Positions 35,801 to 49,465 are shown, counted from the whole stretch's first letter. The stretch is 62,247 nt of DNA, filler included, from Choristocarpus tenellus KU-1152 (GCA_964200185.2; 11 parts of 11 records of this genome joined end to end with filler, not necessarily neighbours in it), one strand, 5' to 3'. Numbers and translations are program-made. The notes: generated by a model from the sequence alone, not told the origin.

Positions 35801-36083
35801 AAATCATTGAAGTGCACTGGTGGTCCTCAAGCGCTAGCTACCCTTTGTGAACTGGACCACCCCTACTCTTCCTCTTTGTTCACCTGCCGATTTGCCTTTG
35901 CTACCCTCCAATGCCCCCCACTCCCTCAATTGTGAATTGTGATAACGTGGTCATCCTCATCCCTTTTGGTCTGTGCAGGGCTTCTATCATGAGTTGCACC
36001 GTCCATCTCACTTCCTGAACTTCACGTCCATGGAGGATGTGGAGCAGGCTGCAGAGGCAGATCATGAGGATTACTTCCAGTAG
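32877..36083 (+). CDS. PRP8: Pre-mRNA-processing-splicing factor 8, C-terminal Jab1/MPN-PROCT part; exons 32877-32993, 33370-33480, 34394-34536, 35013-35166, 35357-35515, 35979-36083
   Basis: [98 protein letters not shown]. All junctions are GT-AG and in phase. Confidence 0.97.
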
Positions 36084-37597
36084 AAGATAGTCTTTTGGTA
36101 CAGGGGCAAAGACTATGGTCTACGCAGCATGCACCCACTTTCTAGAACTAGTGTTGGGGGATAGGGTGTGTGTGTGCAGGTTCGGGAGAGCTGGAAGATG
36201 TATAAGTTTGAAGTAACCCTTTACGACCTGGAGACAGGGGGCGATGGCCCTTCACTGCTGCTGCTGCCGCTAGTGGTGGTGGTGGTCGTAGTTTTTGGAG
36301 GAAATGGCAAATAGTTGGAGTGGAGAAGTCCGTCACATCACATCTGTTTAACTGATGCCCTCGGTGGTTGAGTGTGCTTATGATAGGGGATGGGGGGTTG
36401 CACACTGATTATTTGTTAAGGGGTTGGGAGGTGTCTCCTGGTGTGCTGTCAAGCATATGAGAGCTGAAAATGGGATCGTGAAGTGTGGCTTTTGTTCTCT
36501 GCTCAAGGTTCTGCCCCTAGAGTATGTTTGCACTGGTAGAGTAAAGTTGGTGGGGAGGGGGGGGTGCAACACCTGGTGGCGGTAGGTAGTCTTACTGTGT
36601 GCGGGTTATGTCCATGTGTTCCNNNNNNNNNNNNNNNNNNNNNNNNNNNNNNNNNNNNNNNNNNNNTTAATTAATTAANNNNNNNNNNNNNNNNNNNNNN
36701 NNNNNNNNNNNNNNNNNNNNNNAAAAAAAGGGCGCAAAACGCATTTTGGGGGGGACGGGGGTCAGAGCGGTGCCCTTCCGGCCCCCCATTAAGGTTGTGG
36801 CCCCCCCCCCCCCCCCCCCCTTCCCCCCCCCTTTTTTATCCTTACAGGACTTTAATATTCTCCACATATCTTCCTACTAGGGTCAAACTTCTTGGCGATA
36901 CACATGATGTCACCATGGGTCAGGGTCCTGTTTTGCTGCCTTGAAGGAGATTCGTGATCACTGTTGTCCTTTCACCAAGTGTGTTATCTTTTGGTAATAT
37001 CAGGAATCCTCTGATCGATGGATTAGACAAGTTTATGGGGTAGAAGGCCTCTGACCTATAATTTCAAATTCTCTTGTTTTTGGTCTCCTCTTCTCAACAA
37101 AATAATGGTAAGACTTGAATGTGATACTTAAAGTGACCAAGTTGAGCAATCTCCACGATTATAATATTTTTAATTTTTTTTGTCATATTTCACTTTTGTG
37201 ACAATACCAACCTGAGATTATAGAGGCACTACACACTACACTACTACTTCTCGCGCAAAGTACTATGGTTGTAATTGGTGCACTATGACTGGTTGTACTG
37301 GATCCGTTCCTGCCTTGATTCTCTCGCTTTGGGGTCAGCATTCCCATTATTACTTGCTCCGTCTCCTCCCTCGAATCTTGTCTTGGACGCGCCTCGAACT
37401 TTTAGCTTTGATCTTGGTCAAGTGTTTTTGTGGTTTAGCGACAGACAAGATAGTAGTGCTTATAGTAGTGCTTAGTATGTTGTACTGACCACCTGCAAAA
37501 GGATTATCCAAATCAGATTTCTGTGAAAAAAGTCTGGCATCAAAGGGGTTGAACTCGTGAAACTCACCTGGGCAACCCAATCTTCACTCAGCCTCAC

Positions 37598-38650
37598 TAG
37601 GAACCTCTAATCAATATATAGTACATGGTGAAATCGGTTTGATCAAATTGAATAACCACTCAATCACATCAAGGTCTGACCATAGTAATGAACGATGAAA
37701 TCGGTTCGGTCAATTAGTTGTGGTTGTAGTTTACATCTTTTCTAGTCAACCACACTAGGATCCTCTAACCATAATAGTGCTGGCAATATCGGTTTGGCAA
37801 AATTCGTTAATAACTCAGTCACATGAGGAAGGTCTAACCACAGTGAATGGTGAAATCTGTTTGTTTTTTTTGTGTTTTTAAATAGTTAGGTCGAAGCCCC
37901 AACCTTATCCACTGAACTAAAAAGGAACCTCTAACCATAATAATAGTAGCGAATTGCGAGAGCCATCTTCCAACTAAGGTGACCTACCTTCAAGGTCTGT
38001 TGCTCATATGACATGTGCTTTTGCATGTTGAAGTTAACATCTCTGCTTGAATTTAATAGCGAGTGGTTTGAGGGGACCATGCAAACCCCCCTCATTCACT
38101 TTTTGCTTGTTCACTCTTTCCTGAGTGATATTCTGAGGGATTGCTCTGCCTCCTGCCTTGCCTCTCTCTATTCCCGTGCTCCTTTGGATCTTCCCATTGC
38201 CCTTCAGCACGAAGAACCTGTCGGCCTGTTTCTATTTGTTCCACAGAATATTGAAAATTGGATTGATCAATTTCCTTAACAACGAACGAGGAAGGTCTAC
38301 CTAACCATAGAAAATGGCGAAATTGGTTTGATCAGATTTGTTGTGTGAAAGAGTTACGTTGTAGCCGTAATTTTACCGACCCACCACGGTAGGAACTTCT
38401 AAAAGCATGTTAATTTATGGTCAAATCGGTTTGGTCGAATTCATTGATGACTCAGTTACACGAGGAAGGTGTAATTATTATTGTAGTGAATGGTGAAACT
38501 GGCTTCGATGAAATTTGGTGTGGTTGTTCAAGTACCTTAACCACTCAATCACACACACAACCTTGAACAACAATAGTGATCTACAAAATAATAATATATA
38601 ATAATCCTGACAGTGAAATCGGTTTGATTAGATTTATTATGTGGGTTATG
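37598..38650. repeat. Degenerate ~160-bp tandem array with an internal interruption
   Basis: AGGAACCTCTAA...GAAATCGGTTTG...GAAGGTCT units start at about 37599, 37757, 37923 and 38391. Confidence 0.65.
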
Positions 38651-38769
38651 TTGAAAATATCAATTTCCGATTCAATCTGGACTTTACATCACAAAAATAA
38701 TAGTAGTAGAGTAAGATACACGTAACTATAATAATAGGATAAAAATATATATATAGTTTTGATTGGTTT

Positions 38770-38938
38770 CCCCCGTGACACATCTGCAAAATGTCAGAGG
38801 TCATAATAATAAAATGTAATAGGATATGAAGTGGATGATAGATACCATTATTGGTATGATTACTCTATATTGAAGTATCCGTATTTCATTTTTTGTTTTT
38901 CATTATGCCCTCTGACATTTTGCAGATGTGTCAGGGGG
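38770..38938. mobile_element. ~170-bp foldback/MITE-like element with ~36-bp inverted termini
   Basis: CCCCCGTGACACATCTGCAAAATGTCAGAGGTCATAA versus TTATGCCCTCTGACATTTTGCAGATGTGTCAGGGGG; partial third copy at 39050-39072. Confidence 0.65.
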
Positions 38939-41000
38939 ATTTCATCATTTCATCTTTTCATCATTCGTTCATATAATCTACCACATAAGAAACCTAAGAT
39001 TCGTCATTCACAGAAATCGGTACACCCTATGATATTTGATGATAATAGTATGTCAGAGGGCATAATAATAAAATAATAGTAGTTCTTGACATTGTGATTG
39101 GTATTGAGTGCGGAGTGAAAGAACACTTAGGTCACCCATACGTCATAATCACATTTATCGTCCAATCAAGTTGAGAGTGATAGCGGTTTACATGTCCACA
39201 ATGAAATCTTTCCAGTTTTTGGAAGTGATGTAAAAGGTTGCGCACTCTTTCTTCCTGAATGTTTGTCACATTGCTCGGATACTCTAGCGATTTCCTGTCC
39301 AAAACACAAAGAGATGGGAGGTAGTGAAGATGATGCAATCCCGAAAAATTCTTGGTCAAGCAGCCCCCCAATGCTGCTTGTGGCTGGATTTATAGGGAGG
39401 AAAATACTCAAGGTTCGTTTTTTGACATGCAAGTTTCTCGGGGACACCAGGTCTGGTATTTTGATGTATGTGAACGCGTGGACATGATGACAGGAAGCCT
39501 TGGTGCTTTCCGTCCCAAGAAGGATTTGATGCCATCCGATTAACGAATTCAGCAGAGAACGAGGGAGGCTAACCTGTTGTTTTCACTCTGCGCCAACGGC
39601 TACGATCGAAACGGGCAGGACATACTTGGTGGATGGAGCTCTGTGCCAGTGCTGCTCGTGGGGATATGTGTATGGTTCTGTTGGAGATGTCGACAGGAGG
39701 AGATTGGAAGGGAGAAAAAGCGCTTGCATGCGGTGAGCGTTCTTTTAGAGTGGGAAGGAACTTAAAGCGTTTACCCTATCGTGGTGTTTGCTTCATGGCC
39801 ACGTGTCCTCGAGTTGACAAATACTCGAACTCAATAGTTGAGGCCCACAGTAATGGTTTCTCTTGAAAACCATAATCGTTACAATCCTGCGGTTTAAACA
39901 TGCTTTGATGTTAATGGAACGTTTGAGCAATGCCTTCCACCTTATCCTTACGCTGGTCATCATCTACCCCCTCATCCGCAACCCAGTTGAGTCGTCTTGC
40001 CCAAGAAAAACTCCGCACCTTCAAAATGGTCAGCTCAGGAAGAGAGTTGCCTCACCCGAACTGTAGTCGCCCAAAGAATGCCATCCCCCGTCCTGGTGAC
40101 AGACTAGGAGGCACACCCTACACCCAGTCAAAAGGTTGCAATCGACTAAAGGGGAATCGAGGGCAGCATCCCTCAGTGGAAGGGCTCTGGTCTTGGCTGG
40201 GAGGCACCGGAGAAGGAAGATGTAATTGTTCAGCAGATTTTGCGAGGGCCGGGATCTGTAGGGGTGGACGTGGCGTTAGCAGTGGCTACAATGAGTGGAG
40301 GGGGGCTTTTAGGAATGGTGAGAAGGCAAAGCCTGTCTGTCGCCTTTTTTTCGATTTTCACCTCTTTATTCAGTAATTAGTACTAGGAAACCTTCGCCCC
40401 TTCATTTTTCAGACCATCTGCTCATTGTACTCACAGGCGCACTCTCATTTGTTAAAGTAGTGCTGGGGGTGTTGGACCTCCTGGTCGCATTTTGGCTTGC
40501 AGATGAACAGACCCTCAAAAAGAGTCAAGGCTACTGCACATATCGTGCAGTTTTTATCTTCTAAAACTCTTGCTATAATAGACCAGTGATTCCATAAATG
40601 CTGTGCTAATACTTGACAGACAGATGCTGCTGTCGCACTGGAGTGGGAAAGAAAAGATGTGTGCTGCCTGGTGCGCTCACATAGATTCTGTTGTTATTTT
40701 ATACACTTTGGGTAATCAGTCATCATCCTAGCTCCAATCACAACAGTGCTCACTCGTAAGGACAGAGAAAATGAGAACTTGAGTACAAACAGGTGCCAAG
40801 GCAATAATATATAGTGCTGCTAGTAATAGCACTACTCTTATCTACCAAGTTTATCACGGTTTCACGTCAACCTGTTACATATGCATACGATCACTAGACT
40901 TCATTAAAACAACTGCAAAACTCACATATTAGTGCACCTATTTACCACCCCTCCGCCCCTTCGATGTGGTTGACCTGTCTTTTTATCTGCTGCTCTTTAG

Positions 41001-41158
41001 GCATGGCTGGAGTTCAAAGGCGAAAGGCGTTCAAGACCGCGAGGGGCAAGGTTTACCTAAAGAATCGTCCACTGCTGGGCAGGGTGGACTCCCCTCCGTT
41101 AGGTTCATTGGACCCTGTTTTGGAGGAAGAGGAGAGCATAGTTTCAACGCCCTCATAA
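41001..41158 (+). CDS. Possible isolated terminal exon of an unknown gene
   Basis: Pyrimidine tract plus TTTAG acceptor, then RRKAFKTARGKVYLKNRPLL...stop. No upstream exons found. Confidence 0.25.
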
Positions 41159-43259
41159 CAAGTACTCAAGAAGAGTGGACAACTAGTAGTGGGCACCGAA
41201 TGGAGTGTTGAGTAACCCTGTATAGGGTAAGTAGTCTAGTCATCAAACAGTAGAAATAATAGAGGGGTTTTTTCCCTCTGTGTGGTTGAGGGGAGGGGGA
41301 GGGGGGTACTGACCAAGAGCCATTGCCTCACCTCTTGGCATCTGGTGTGCCTCGACTCTTTTTTTGGTTCATACCTGGGCATCATCATGCCTTCTTTTTC
41401 TTCTACAGGGTTTTGTGTTTTACACCCCGTCAGTGCTCCTCAAGTGTTGTCGGCAGGTGAAGCGATGATATCGGCGTGTTTCAATTACTCTGTTGTTAGT
41501 TAAATGCTTCTTGCACCATATATATATATATTTTTTTTGTCGAAATTCATTGTGTCCTCTTCCAACAGATTCATGTTCCATTAGCAGGACCAATAGTTGG
41601 AGGTGTTGTCCTGGTCGGTGTTTGGTTGCTAAGGGACTTACTTACTAAATAGATAGGAAGATTTGGAATGTGTGAGTGCTTCTGATAAAGTAAAGCACTT
41701 GAAGGTCAACAGAGAGTCCCATTGACTTCTGTTGAGAGCTAATTTTGTTTTCTATTGCAATGTCGTTTTTTGTTTCTCACACATATTGAGGGTTAACTCT
41801 TTTGGTCATGTGGTACAACACTGAGGCTTGAGTCACATGAGACCAATAAGTATGCATATTTATAGCTTCATGGTTTACCTTCCAGTAGAGGTAAAGAGGA
41901 AAATCCAAGTTATGTGCTATACCAGGCGTGTGGCTGTGTGGCGGAGAGGTGAAGCGAATGGAGTGATCCAGCTTTGTGTGACTCCATTTTCATTTTGGGC
42001 TGCTCTCACAGTAGAATATCAATAGGGAGTTTAACGAGGGTAGAAGTTTATCATGCTGCAATCTAGCCTTGTGTTCTGTTTGATGTAGTGCTTCAGATAA
42101 ATTTGTACTTGAGTGAACACAACACCCTTGCGAGAGGGTAGAGAAGAGGCTGGTTTGAAATGTTTTGGAGTGGGGGAACTCAGAAACTACTACTGTGGTA
42201 ATGAGGTTTGAGATAAACGGCAGTGTTGCGGTTTACTGTGAGGGTCCTACTCCTGTGACTGAAGCATACAAACACACTTACACCATGCTGTGATAAGTGA
42301 AGAGAGAATGCTGCATACATCTTGTTTCTTTCTGGTATCAGAAGTGCAGTGCAAGGGAATTAGTGACTAGGAATAGGAGCATGGTTCTCAACGTGATGTT
42401 TCTTGACCCAACTGCATATTTCCATTTCCCTAGCCAAGCTCTGAAGTTCTCAGATCTGTGTATGTTTAATATGTTGTAGTTGTGACTTTCTCTATCACAC
42501 TCAGGTCAAGGGTTGGCATTGCTCTAATGCTTTAGAGAATCCCCATGTGTGTGTGTGCTTCACCTCCCATCTTTATGTGGTAAGAAGACATTATACCAAA
42601 ACCAGACCCTAGAGCAACAGAAAAATACCACAAGCAGGGGCTAGCTTAGACCAAAAGAATTCCCTCGCTTAGTTACTTCATGTGTTTTCCAATTGTGTAC
42701 TATTTTGTACCTTGTCTTGTGAGAGGATGTAGTAAATACTACATTTTGTGATATTTTGAGAGAAAACTCAATTTATAGTGGTTGTTGTAGGACTCCGAGA
42801 ATACAGCGGTAGGTATCTGTCAGATTTATGATGTATATGCAGACCCTTGCGACACTCTTGAGTTGCAAACTTGTTTTTGTTTGATAAAGCACCTACATGA
42901 CTGCATTGAACAGCCTCTCACCAAAACTGAGGATGGAGCATATTATGGAGGATGGATTTGAGCCAAAATGGTGCGCGGAAAGTGTCCATATGTTTTTTTT
43001 TGTAAATGTTGCGGCACTTTTTAAGGGCCCCACTACGAATGGGATATATTTTTGTTCAAAAAAATTTCGGTGCTTGTGGAGGNNNNNNNNNNNNNNNNNN
43101 NNNNNNNNNNNNNNNNNNNNNNNNNNTTAATTAATTAANNNNNNNNNNNNNNNNNNNNNNNNNNNNNNNNNNNNNNNNNNNNCAAATCACCCAAAAATCG
43201 TGACACGAAAAAATTGACCCCAATTGGACAGCCGCTACCCCCTCCCAGATACTTTGAGA

Positions 43260-43645
43260 CTCTCATGACATGGACACTCAGGAAAGATAACTGCACCCAG
43301 CTTGTATCCAACACCTGTGGATTCCTCTAGACCTGCACTGGGTTCTGGAAACGGAAACACATGGATCACCCCAGTCTTAAATGGGAAACCACTCACAAGA
43401 CCTGGGTATAAGAGTATTGAGGAACCTTATTGCCGCTGGAGGCCACTGTTTGCAGTTTTCATGGTGCACATGGATTTAATTTGCCCAGGAATTTGATGCA
43501 CCTAGAACTTGCAGCTGAAAAACTGAAGAGTAATTGGTGCTGCTGAATCCAAGATAACCTTAAGGCTCTCAGGATTCCAGCCAAAAACAGGGGGCTTACT
43601 TGCATGAGATCACAATAGGTGGTACAGGTGTGTGGAGGAGAGAGC
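43260..43645 (+). mobile_element. 3' fragment of an RTE-like non-LTR retrotransposon, decayed
   Basis: Across frames: GYKSIEE...RWRPLFAVFMVHM...LPRNLMHLEL...W...IQDNLKALRI...A*DHNRWYRCVEE, like the RTE ORF C-terminus. Confidence 0.55.
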
Positions 43646-44462
43646 AAAACACTTCAACATGTCTGGCCTACCAAGGAAGTCAAAGCAGCCACAGGTTATC
43701 AAACAAAAGTGGACATAGTCACCAAACATACAAACATACGATAGTCACAAACAATACCCTCCAAGCTTCCACATCTCTATTAGCTGTTCACTATAATCCT
43801 ATCACAAGAGTACGCGAAGTGTTAAGACATTCCATTGGGAAAAAAAGTGACAAGTGCTCACATGTCACAGCTAGAGATAAAATTGACATACACACACCCA
43901 TGCAAAGCTCTCAAGAGTGGGCAATGAGTTCCCAATCATATCTGCATCTCCTCTCACTTTATGAATAAAATCACAAGAGGTTTCAGGTCAACACTCAAAC
44001 CATAACATAATGAACAAGGCTGATGACTTTAGGACTTAAGTGTTGCAAGCCTCACGTCCTTTGCAAATTTGGAGCAGAGTGCAGTGGAATAGATTAGAGT
44101 ACATTGTCATTAGATGGTGGATGTTGCTGAAAAACTAGGCAGATACACCATTACTGCTCTAATGTGGTGTACCTAGTAATAGAAGGGGTGTCCCAACAAT
44201 CCAGTCAATCCATTTCTTCAAAGGGCAAAGACCAAAAAACTTTGTAATTAAAAACGTATTTGGAAAAGTGTTACCAACACCTATAAATACACATCCCACA
44301 GCAGTATCTGATGCTCAACAACTTGCAGCACAGATTAGGGATAGTACGCTCTTCCAAGAACACCTATCTAAAGTTAATTCGCCAAGAACATGCGCCCACA
44401 CAGTCCTCTCTATTAATAAACAGGGAGCTACAGTAAACAAACAAAAAATGAGTAGATCACTC

Positions 44463-47071
44463 TTATCCCTGTTTGTCTGCTAATGGGTCCAATGGTAGCC
44501 ACCTCATCTGAGCACCTCTAAGTCCATTTACAAAAGACTTCGCGTCCATGACCTTCTTGCCAGGGGGTTGCAACTCGGTCAACCGCAGCACACTCCCATC
44601 CCCACAGATTAACTCCAGTGCACCATCACACATATGGATGTCCCCTCCTTCTCTGTGCATACTCTCCCCCCCCTGTTTTTTTTCATCCCCTACCATGGTT
44701 GTAATCAGCTTTACCTTCTTCGTCTCTTCCTCTTCCCCTTCCCCCCAGGAGAACATACCCCAAGTCCCTGGCCATCCTGCGAATGCCCTCACCCTGAGAG
44801 CAAAAAAAGCAAAGGCATTACATGAGAGATGGTGATTGTCCACCAAAAATTGAACCCATGATGGGGGGGTAAAAACAGGTAGAGTGAGAGGTCTCCCTCT
44901 CCCTGTAGCTCTTGAAAACTATTCAGGGAGGGAGAATACTCCCTAATTGGTGAAGGCGTTAGGTTAATCCATGGAGAATGCTATGTACTAACTGGGGCAG
45001 AAGGTTAATGAAGAGAGAAGGTATTGGACAGTAATGTTAAGAACACTCTAAACAGCTTGTTTTAACTTGTATTAAATGAAATTTGGTCATCAAAAATGTG
45101 CTGTCAAGCAATATCCTCTGAGCACATGATCTATACATGGAAAGGCAAAAGCTTCTAGATATTGACCTGGCGGCTAAGTCAAGGGTACAGTTTGTTTAGG
45201 GCCCAAACAGCAAGCAATCATATGTGCTTACCGCCCCACTCCGAGCTCTAAGACTATTCAAAAATACTATCAAGTATTGAGTAATCATGATATGGCAATA
45301 GTTCAAACATCACATAGCACAGTAGTAGTGAGTACTCTATGATGTACATTGCAAGCGTCTATGTATTTGAAGTAGAGGGGCTTCAGCCTGCACACCTGTA
45401 TTGATTCCATACTTCGTATATGTCATAACCAGTGGTACTTACGGGGAAGATAGTCAGGACCATCATTTTAACAGTTAGCTGCAGCACTATCCTCTCACTT
45501 GTTATGGATGTTCAACGCAGTGCTTGTCTTGAAGCAGCACTGGGCTTCCTCAACAGATATCTTCTTTGCCTTGGTTGCTTCTGCATCATTCTGAGGCGTT
45601 GACCTGAATATTGAAGCAGTTTTTCATGATGTTAAAGTACCTACGGCATAAACATGTGTAAGGTCATACAGTAGTGCATATACTTACAAGCAGCATGGAC
45701 AAGGTGCATCAAGTGGTAACTGTACTTACAAGCTGTAGGTACAATACTGGTCTCAGGAAATCATAGAGTATTGGGCAGGGGGAGCAAAGGGACATGTGAA
45801 TTCTTTGTTGTTGGCATGCAGCCTCTGCCTTTTCCTCCAAAAGAAACTAAGAAAAACAATGCTCAAGACTACCAACCACAATCCAACTAGATTGACACGA
45901 GTATGGAAAAAAATTAGGGTCTTGATGGGCTCATTGTTTGTAACAGACCAAGGTGCTAGAATAGTACAGTTTGAAGGGATCATACCAGCAACAGGAATGC
46001 CACAAGAAACTGGTATTGCTTGAACACTGGAAACATTGCTGAAGAGGACGGCAACCTCTGTCGAAGTATTGGTATCGATTACAGAGAATAACTTTTGATG
46101 TGACCTGCAGCGGGAGACGTTGCCAAACTCACTTGACAGAGCCTCCCCATACTTCTGGCAGACAGTCAATGAGATTTTCTGTTCCCACTTCAAACAGATG
46201 CTGCAACAGATCGGGCGTCTTCTCGTTCCCTTCCAACTTGTGCACCTTGAGGTTACGAGACATCGCGCAAAATAGAGGCCAATCAAACCGTTGACTGGAA
46301 AATACATATGCCTTTTCGGACATACAAGTGTGGAAGACTGCACAAATAGAATCAAAGAACGCAACAAATCCACACAAAACAACTAGACGCCGTTACACAA
46401 CTCACACTTTGCCTTACGACAGGCCCAGCATCCATCTTTAGCACAGTGAACGCAACGCTTACTCCAGTCTCCGCATCTCCCATCTCCACACAGCGCTGAA
46501 CGGGTGAGGCTCCACGGTACAAAGGAAGAAGGGAGGGGTGAACGTTGAGAGTACCTAGGGCAGGGATATCCAAGAACCTCTGGGGCAGGAACTGCCCGTA
46601 GGCCGCTGTTACGCAGAGGTCTGGTCGTAGGTCTTCAAGTTCTGCCAGAAAATCTTCATCTCTGGCACTAGCGGGAGTCCGGACGGGAATATTCTCGGCC
46701 TCAGCAAAGGCCTGCACAGGGGAAGGTTGTAGAGCTTTCTTTCTTCCAACGCGTGCAGGGGGATTTGATACCACCCGCACTACTTCAAATCCTCCCCCAC
46801 GACCACTACGGGATGCCTCCACCAAAAGCTCCAGCGATCTTGCAGCCACGTCTGGTGTCCCCAGGAAGACTACTTTTTTCCGTCCTCCATTATCATTGCC
46901 GTTGGCCATGGACGACAGGGAACGTGTCGACTCACATCGTGTCAAGCTTTGGCCTAGCCCGCCTGCTAAGGGCTGGACGAACGTAATGGACCTAGTGAAT
47001 GAGCGTGCAGCAGCGGACATTGTGTATAGGCCACACATCATTACAAAGAGTGGGGGGGGCCTTCGTGACAT
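44463..47071 (-). CDS. FMT: Methionyl-tRNA formyltransferase (organellar); exons 47071-46406, 46245-46133, 45603-45499, 44793-44463
   Basis: VVFLGTPDVA, VTAAYGQFLP, LNVHPSLLPLYRGASPVQR, KMDAGPV, IHNKVRAFAGWPGTW, ELQPPGKKVMDAKSFVNG. Junctions are in phase and there is an N-terminal targeting extension. Confidence 0.96.
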
Positions 47072-47303
47072 TATAGGAGGTTGTCAGTGCTTGGGGTGGT
47101 ACAGGTTTTGATGAGGTTGGTAAATTAAAATGCGCTATATAGCGCTACATAGCTGAGTCGTCACCATACACTATTCAGTTGTAGTACCTCAATCTTATAA
47201 CCCTAAACATTTGACAGAAACAAGTAACGAATTTCTTCATTTGCTATTTTCCTGATAAGAAAATCGAAGTGAGTGAGGCAGATGAACTTTGAGTGTGTGC
47301 ACA

Positions 47304-48326
47304 ATGGAAGAGGGATCTGTTCTTGGCGCAGAGGCATCTCTAGGCGTCATACATTCACCTTGTACCTCGTTTGATGCGCCGACAGTGTCTGTGCAGTACA
47401 ATGACCAGCAAATTGATGTTGCCTTGAGTGACACCTGTGCTGCACGACGATCCCCCCACATGTCCTTGCCAACCCTGGCCTTCTCACTTCAAGCTGCGCT
47501 GAACCTTGGGCAGCCCCCGGTGGCCCTGAACTTGAACGTTGCACAGGGTGAGGATGCTGTGGTGTGTCCACTGAGTGTACTAGTTGCTTGTCCAACCTTC
47601 GTTACCAACACTTTCAAGGGGAGGTCATGGGGTTTGATCTTTCAACACGGTGGTGAGGGATGGGATGGTCCTCAAACCCCTATCGAACCTCAAGCCGTTG
47701 TATCAACGTCTCCTTCGGTGGAGAATAGTTCCAAATGCAAGGTCCATCAAAAGCAAGTGAGGGGGGGGAACTTCGGGTGGGGATTTGAGAGGGAACACCC
47801 TTACCTAGACCGGAGGGAATCCTTGCTTGATGTAGCTGTGCCAAACGTGGATGAGGTGCCACTTGTAGGCGGTGAACCCACCGCATCTCCATCTGAGGGC
47901 CGAGGCAGGCCTTTGACTGCACCACCGAGGGACAGAACACTTGGGGTAGCAAGACCACGACCAGGGAGACGAGAAGGGCAAGGACGACCTATGTCGGCCA
48001 CACCAAGCGACAAATCCTTCGGAATGCGACGATTCCGTCCTAGCAAGACAGAGGGCTGCGGCAGACCAATGACAGCATTACCAAGCGACCACGGTAGTAG
48101 CCCCAGCCCAGCGAGGAGTTGTAGTATCATTGGCAACATAGGGTTCCAACATGATCGCCCTGTTCGTTCGAATGACCGTCCATCAACTGCACCTGTCCCT
48201 GGAATATTCTCTCCATTAGACATTGCAAGTAGCTGGTCCAACTGTGCTGGCAATGATACGGACAATTCCGTTGATCCAGATTACCACCTTAATTTCAAGC
48301 CTCCTCCCCCGCGTGTTGTGTGGTAA
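47304..48326 (+). CDS. Unknown protein (340-codon open frame, probably exon 1) divergent from FMT
   Basis: Long ORF with coding-like GC content, three EGxGRPxxA repeats plus RPSTAP. It ends at a TG|GTAAGT donor at 48322/48323. Confidence 0.6.
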   Translation: MEEGSVLGAEASLGVIHSPCTSFDAPTVSVQYNDQQIDVALSDTCAARRSPHMSLPTLAFSLQAALNLGQPPVALNLNVAQGEDAVVCPLSVLVACPTFVTNTFKGRSWGLIFQHGGEGWDGPQTPIEPQAVVSTSPSVENSSKCKVHQKQVRGGNFGWGFEREHPYLDRRESLLDVAVPNVDEVPLVGGEPTASPSEGRGRPLTAPPRDRTLGVARPRPGRREGQGRPMSATPSDKSFGMRRFRPSKTEGCGRPMTALPSDHGSSPSPARSCSIIGNIGFQHDRPVRSNDRPSTAPVPGIFSPLDIASSWSNCAGNDTDNSVDPDYHLNFKPPPPRVVW

Positions 48327-49465
48327 GTACTCCAGTAATCATCTATGTGGATGAAGTGAACAGAGTATCGTTCACCTAAAGTTTCATATAATACTATACA
48401 CTTAGTATCCTTTAGCAATTTTTGTGAGGTTTGAGACAGATAGACTTGATAGTGGTGTCCCAATACATGTTAAACTTCGTGTGTTGGTTGTTAATTATTC
48501 ACGACTTGGGAGGATGGTGTGTTAGTTCATCAAAGCAGCAGTCCACCATGAGACTCAACAGCAGGCTTTTACGTTTATATCCACTTGTAAATAAAAGAAC
48601 CAAGCCATAACAAAAACGTCTGGTGGTACTTACTCCTGGAAAGCAAGTGCTGCATCCATGCATCTGTCCACCAATGAAAAGAAGAATAAAATAGGCAAAG
48701 AAGGTGTTGCACAATACCTGTAGCCCTCATAAACCATCCATAATATTTGGTAACCTTCAGGACATAATCTACAACGACCGCTTCTTCCTAAGAACTCATA
48801 GAACAGAATATATTGTCAAGATCATTTGATGATGTAAATTGTTCATGTAGCAGGAAGAGCTCAGAACATGAGAAGATCCAGAGGATATGATTGCAATGAT
48901 ATATTTACTCTTAAGGACTGACCATAGCTGCCAGCGGATACACTACGTACTCTGTGGCAACACCTATAAAAATATACTCCAATGGTGCACCCATATCCTT
49001 GTGCATGTATCCTCTTGTGCTTTTTGATCTTGGCTGGGTTTCCTCCTCTATGCACTGAAACAAATCACAAATTTTCACACTCTTCTGTGTGGAGGCTACC
49101 CCAGTAAAAGTCAATCTAAACATCCAAATATTGAGCTTGGCCCTTGAGATAAGGGAGGTGTGAAATTCAAATTTTACGTGCACAAGATCTACTGCAGTAG
49201 ATCACTGAACTACACACATCTCTCAGTATACTATCCAATATTCACGATATAATTGAACTAATCTGAGATTCATGCAAACCGACAACCAACATCTTGGATC
49301 AACACATGCAGCGCTCTTTGAACTGCCAATCACCCAGCCATCCCCATTCCTCCTTTGAACATTGCCCCCCTTTCAGTCCTACCAGTACAAAATAACAGAG
49401 ACACCAAAACATGTTGGCATCACTAAGCATGTGTCAAGCCCAGCATGTACGGCTAGTTTGATGCA

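Noticed and set aside
39100-40376. Cluster of short ORFs
   Set aside because: Looks like decayed coding DNA, but no recognisable domain or exon structure.
2978-43182. Ten regularly recurring TTAATTAATTAA motifs
   Set aside because: N-padded artificial contig linkers, not biological repeats. Gene neighbourhoods across them cannot be interpreted.
45753-46382. 209-aa minus-strand ORF
   Set aside because: It spans FMT introns and exon 2 out of frame; a shadow ORF.
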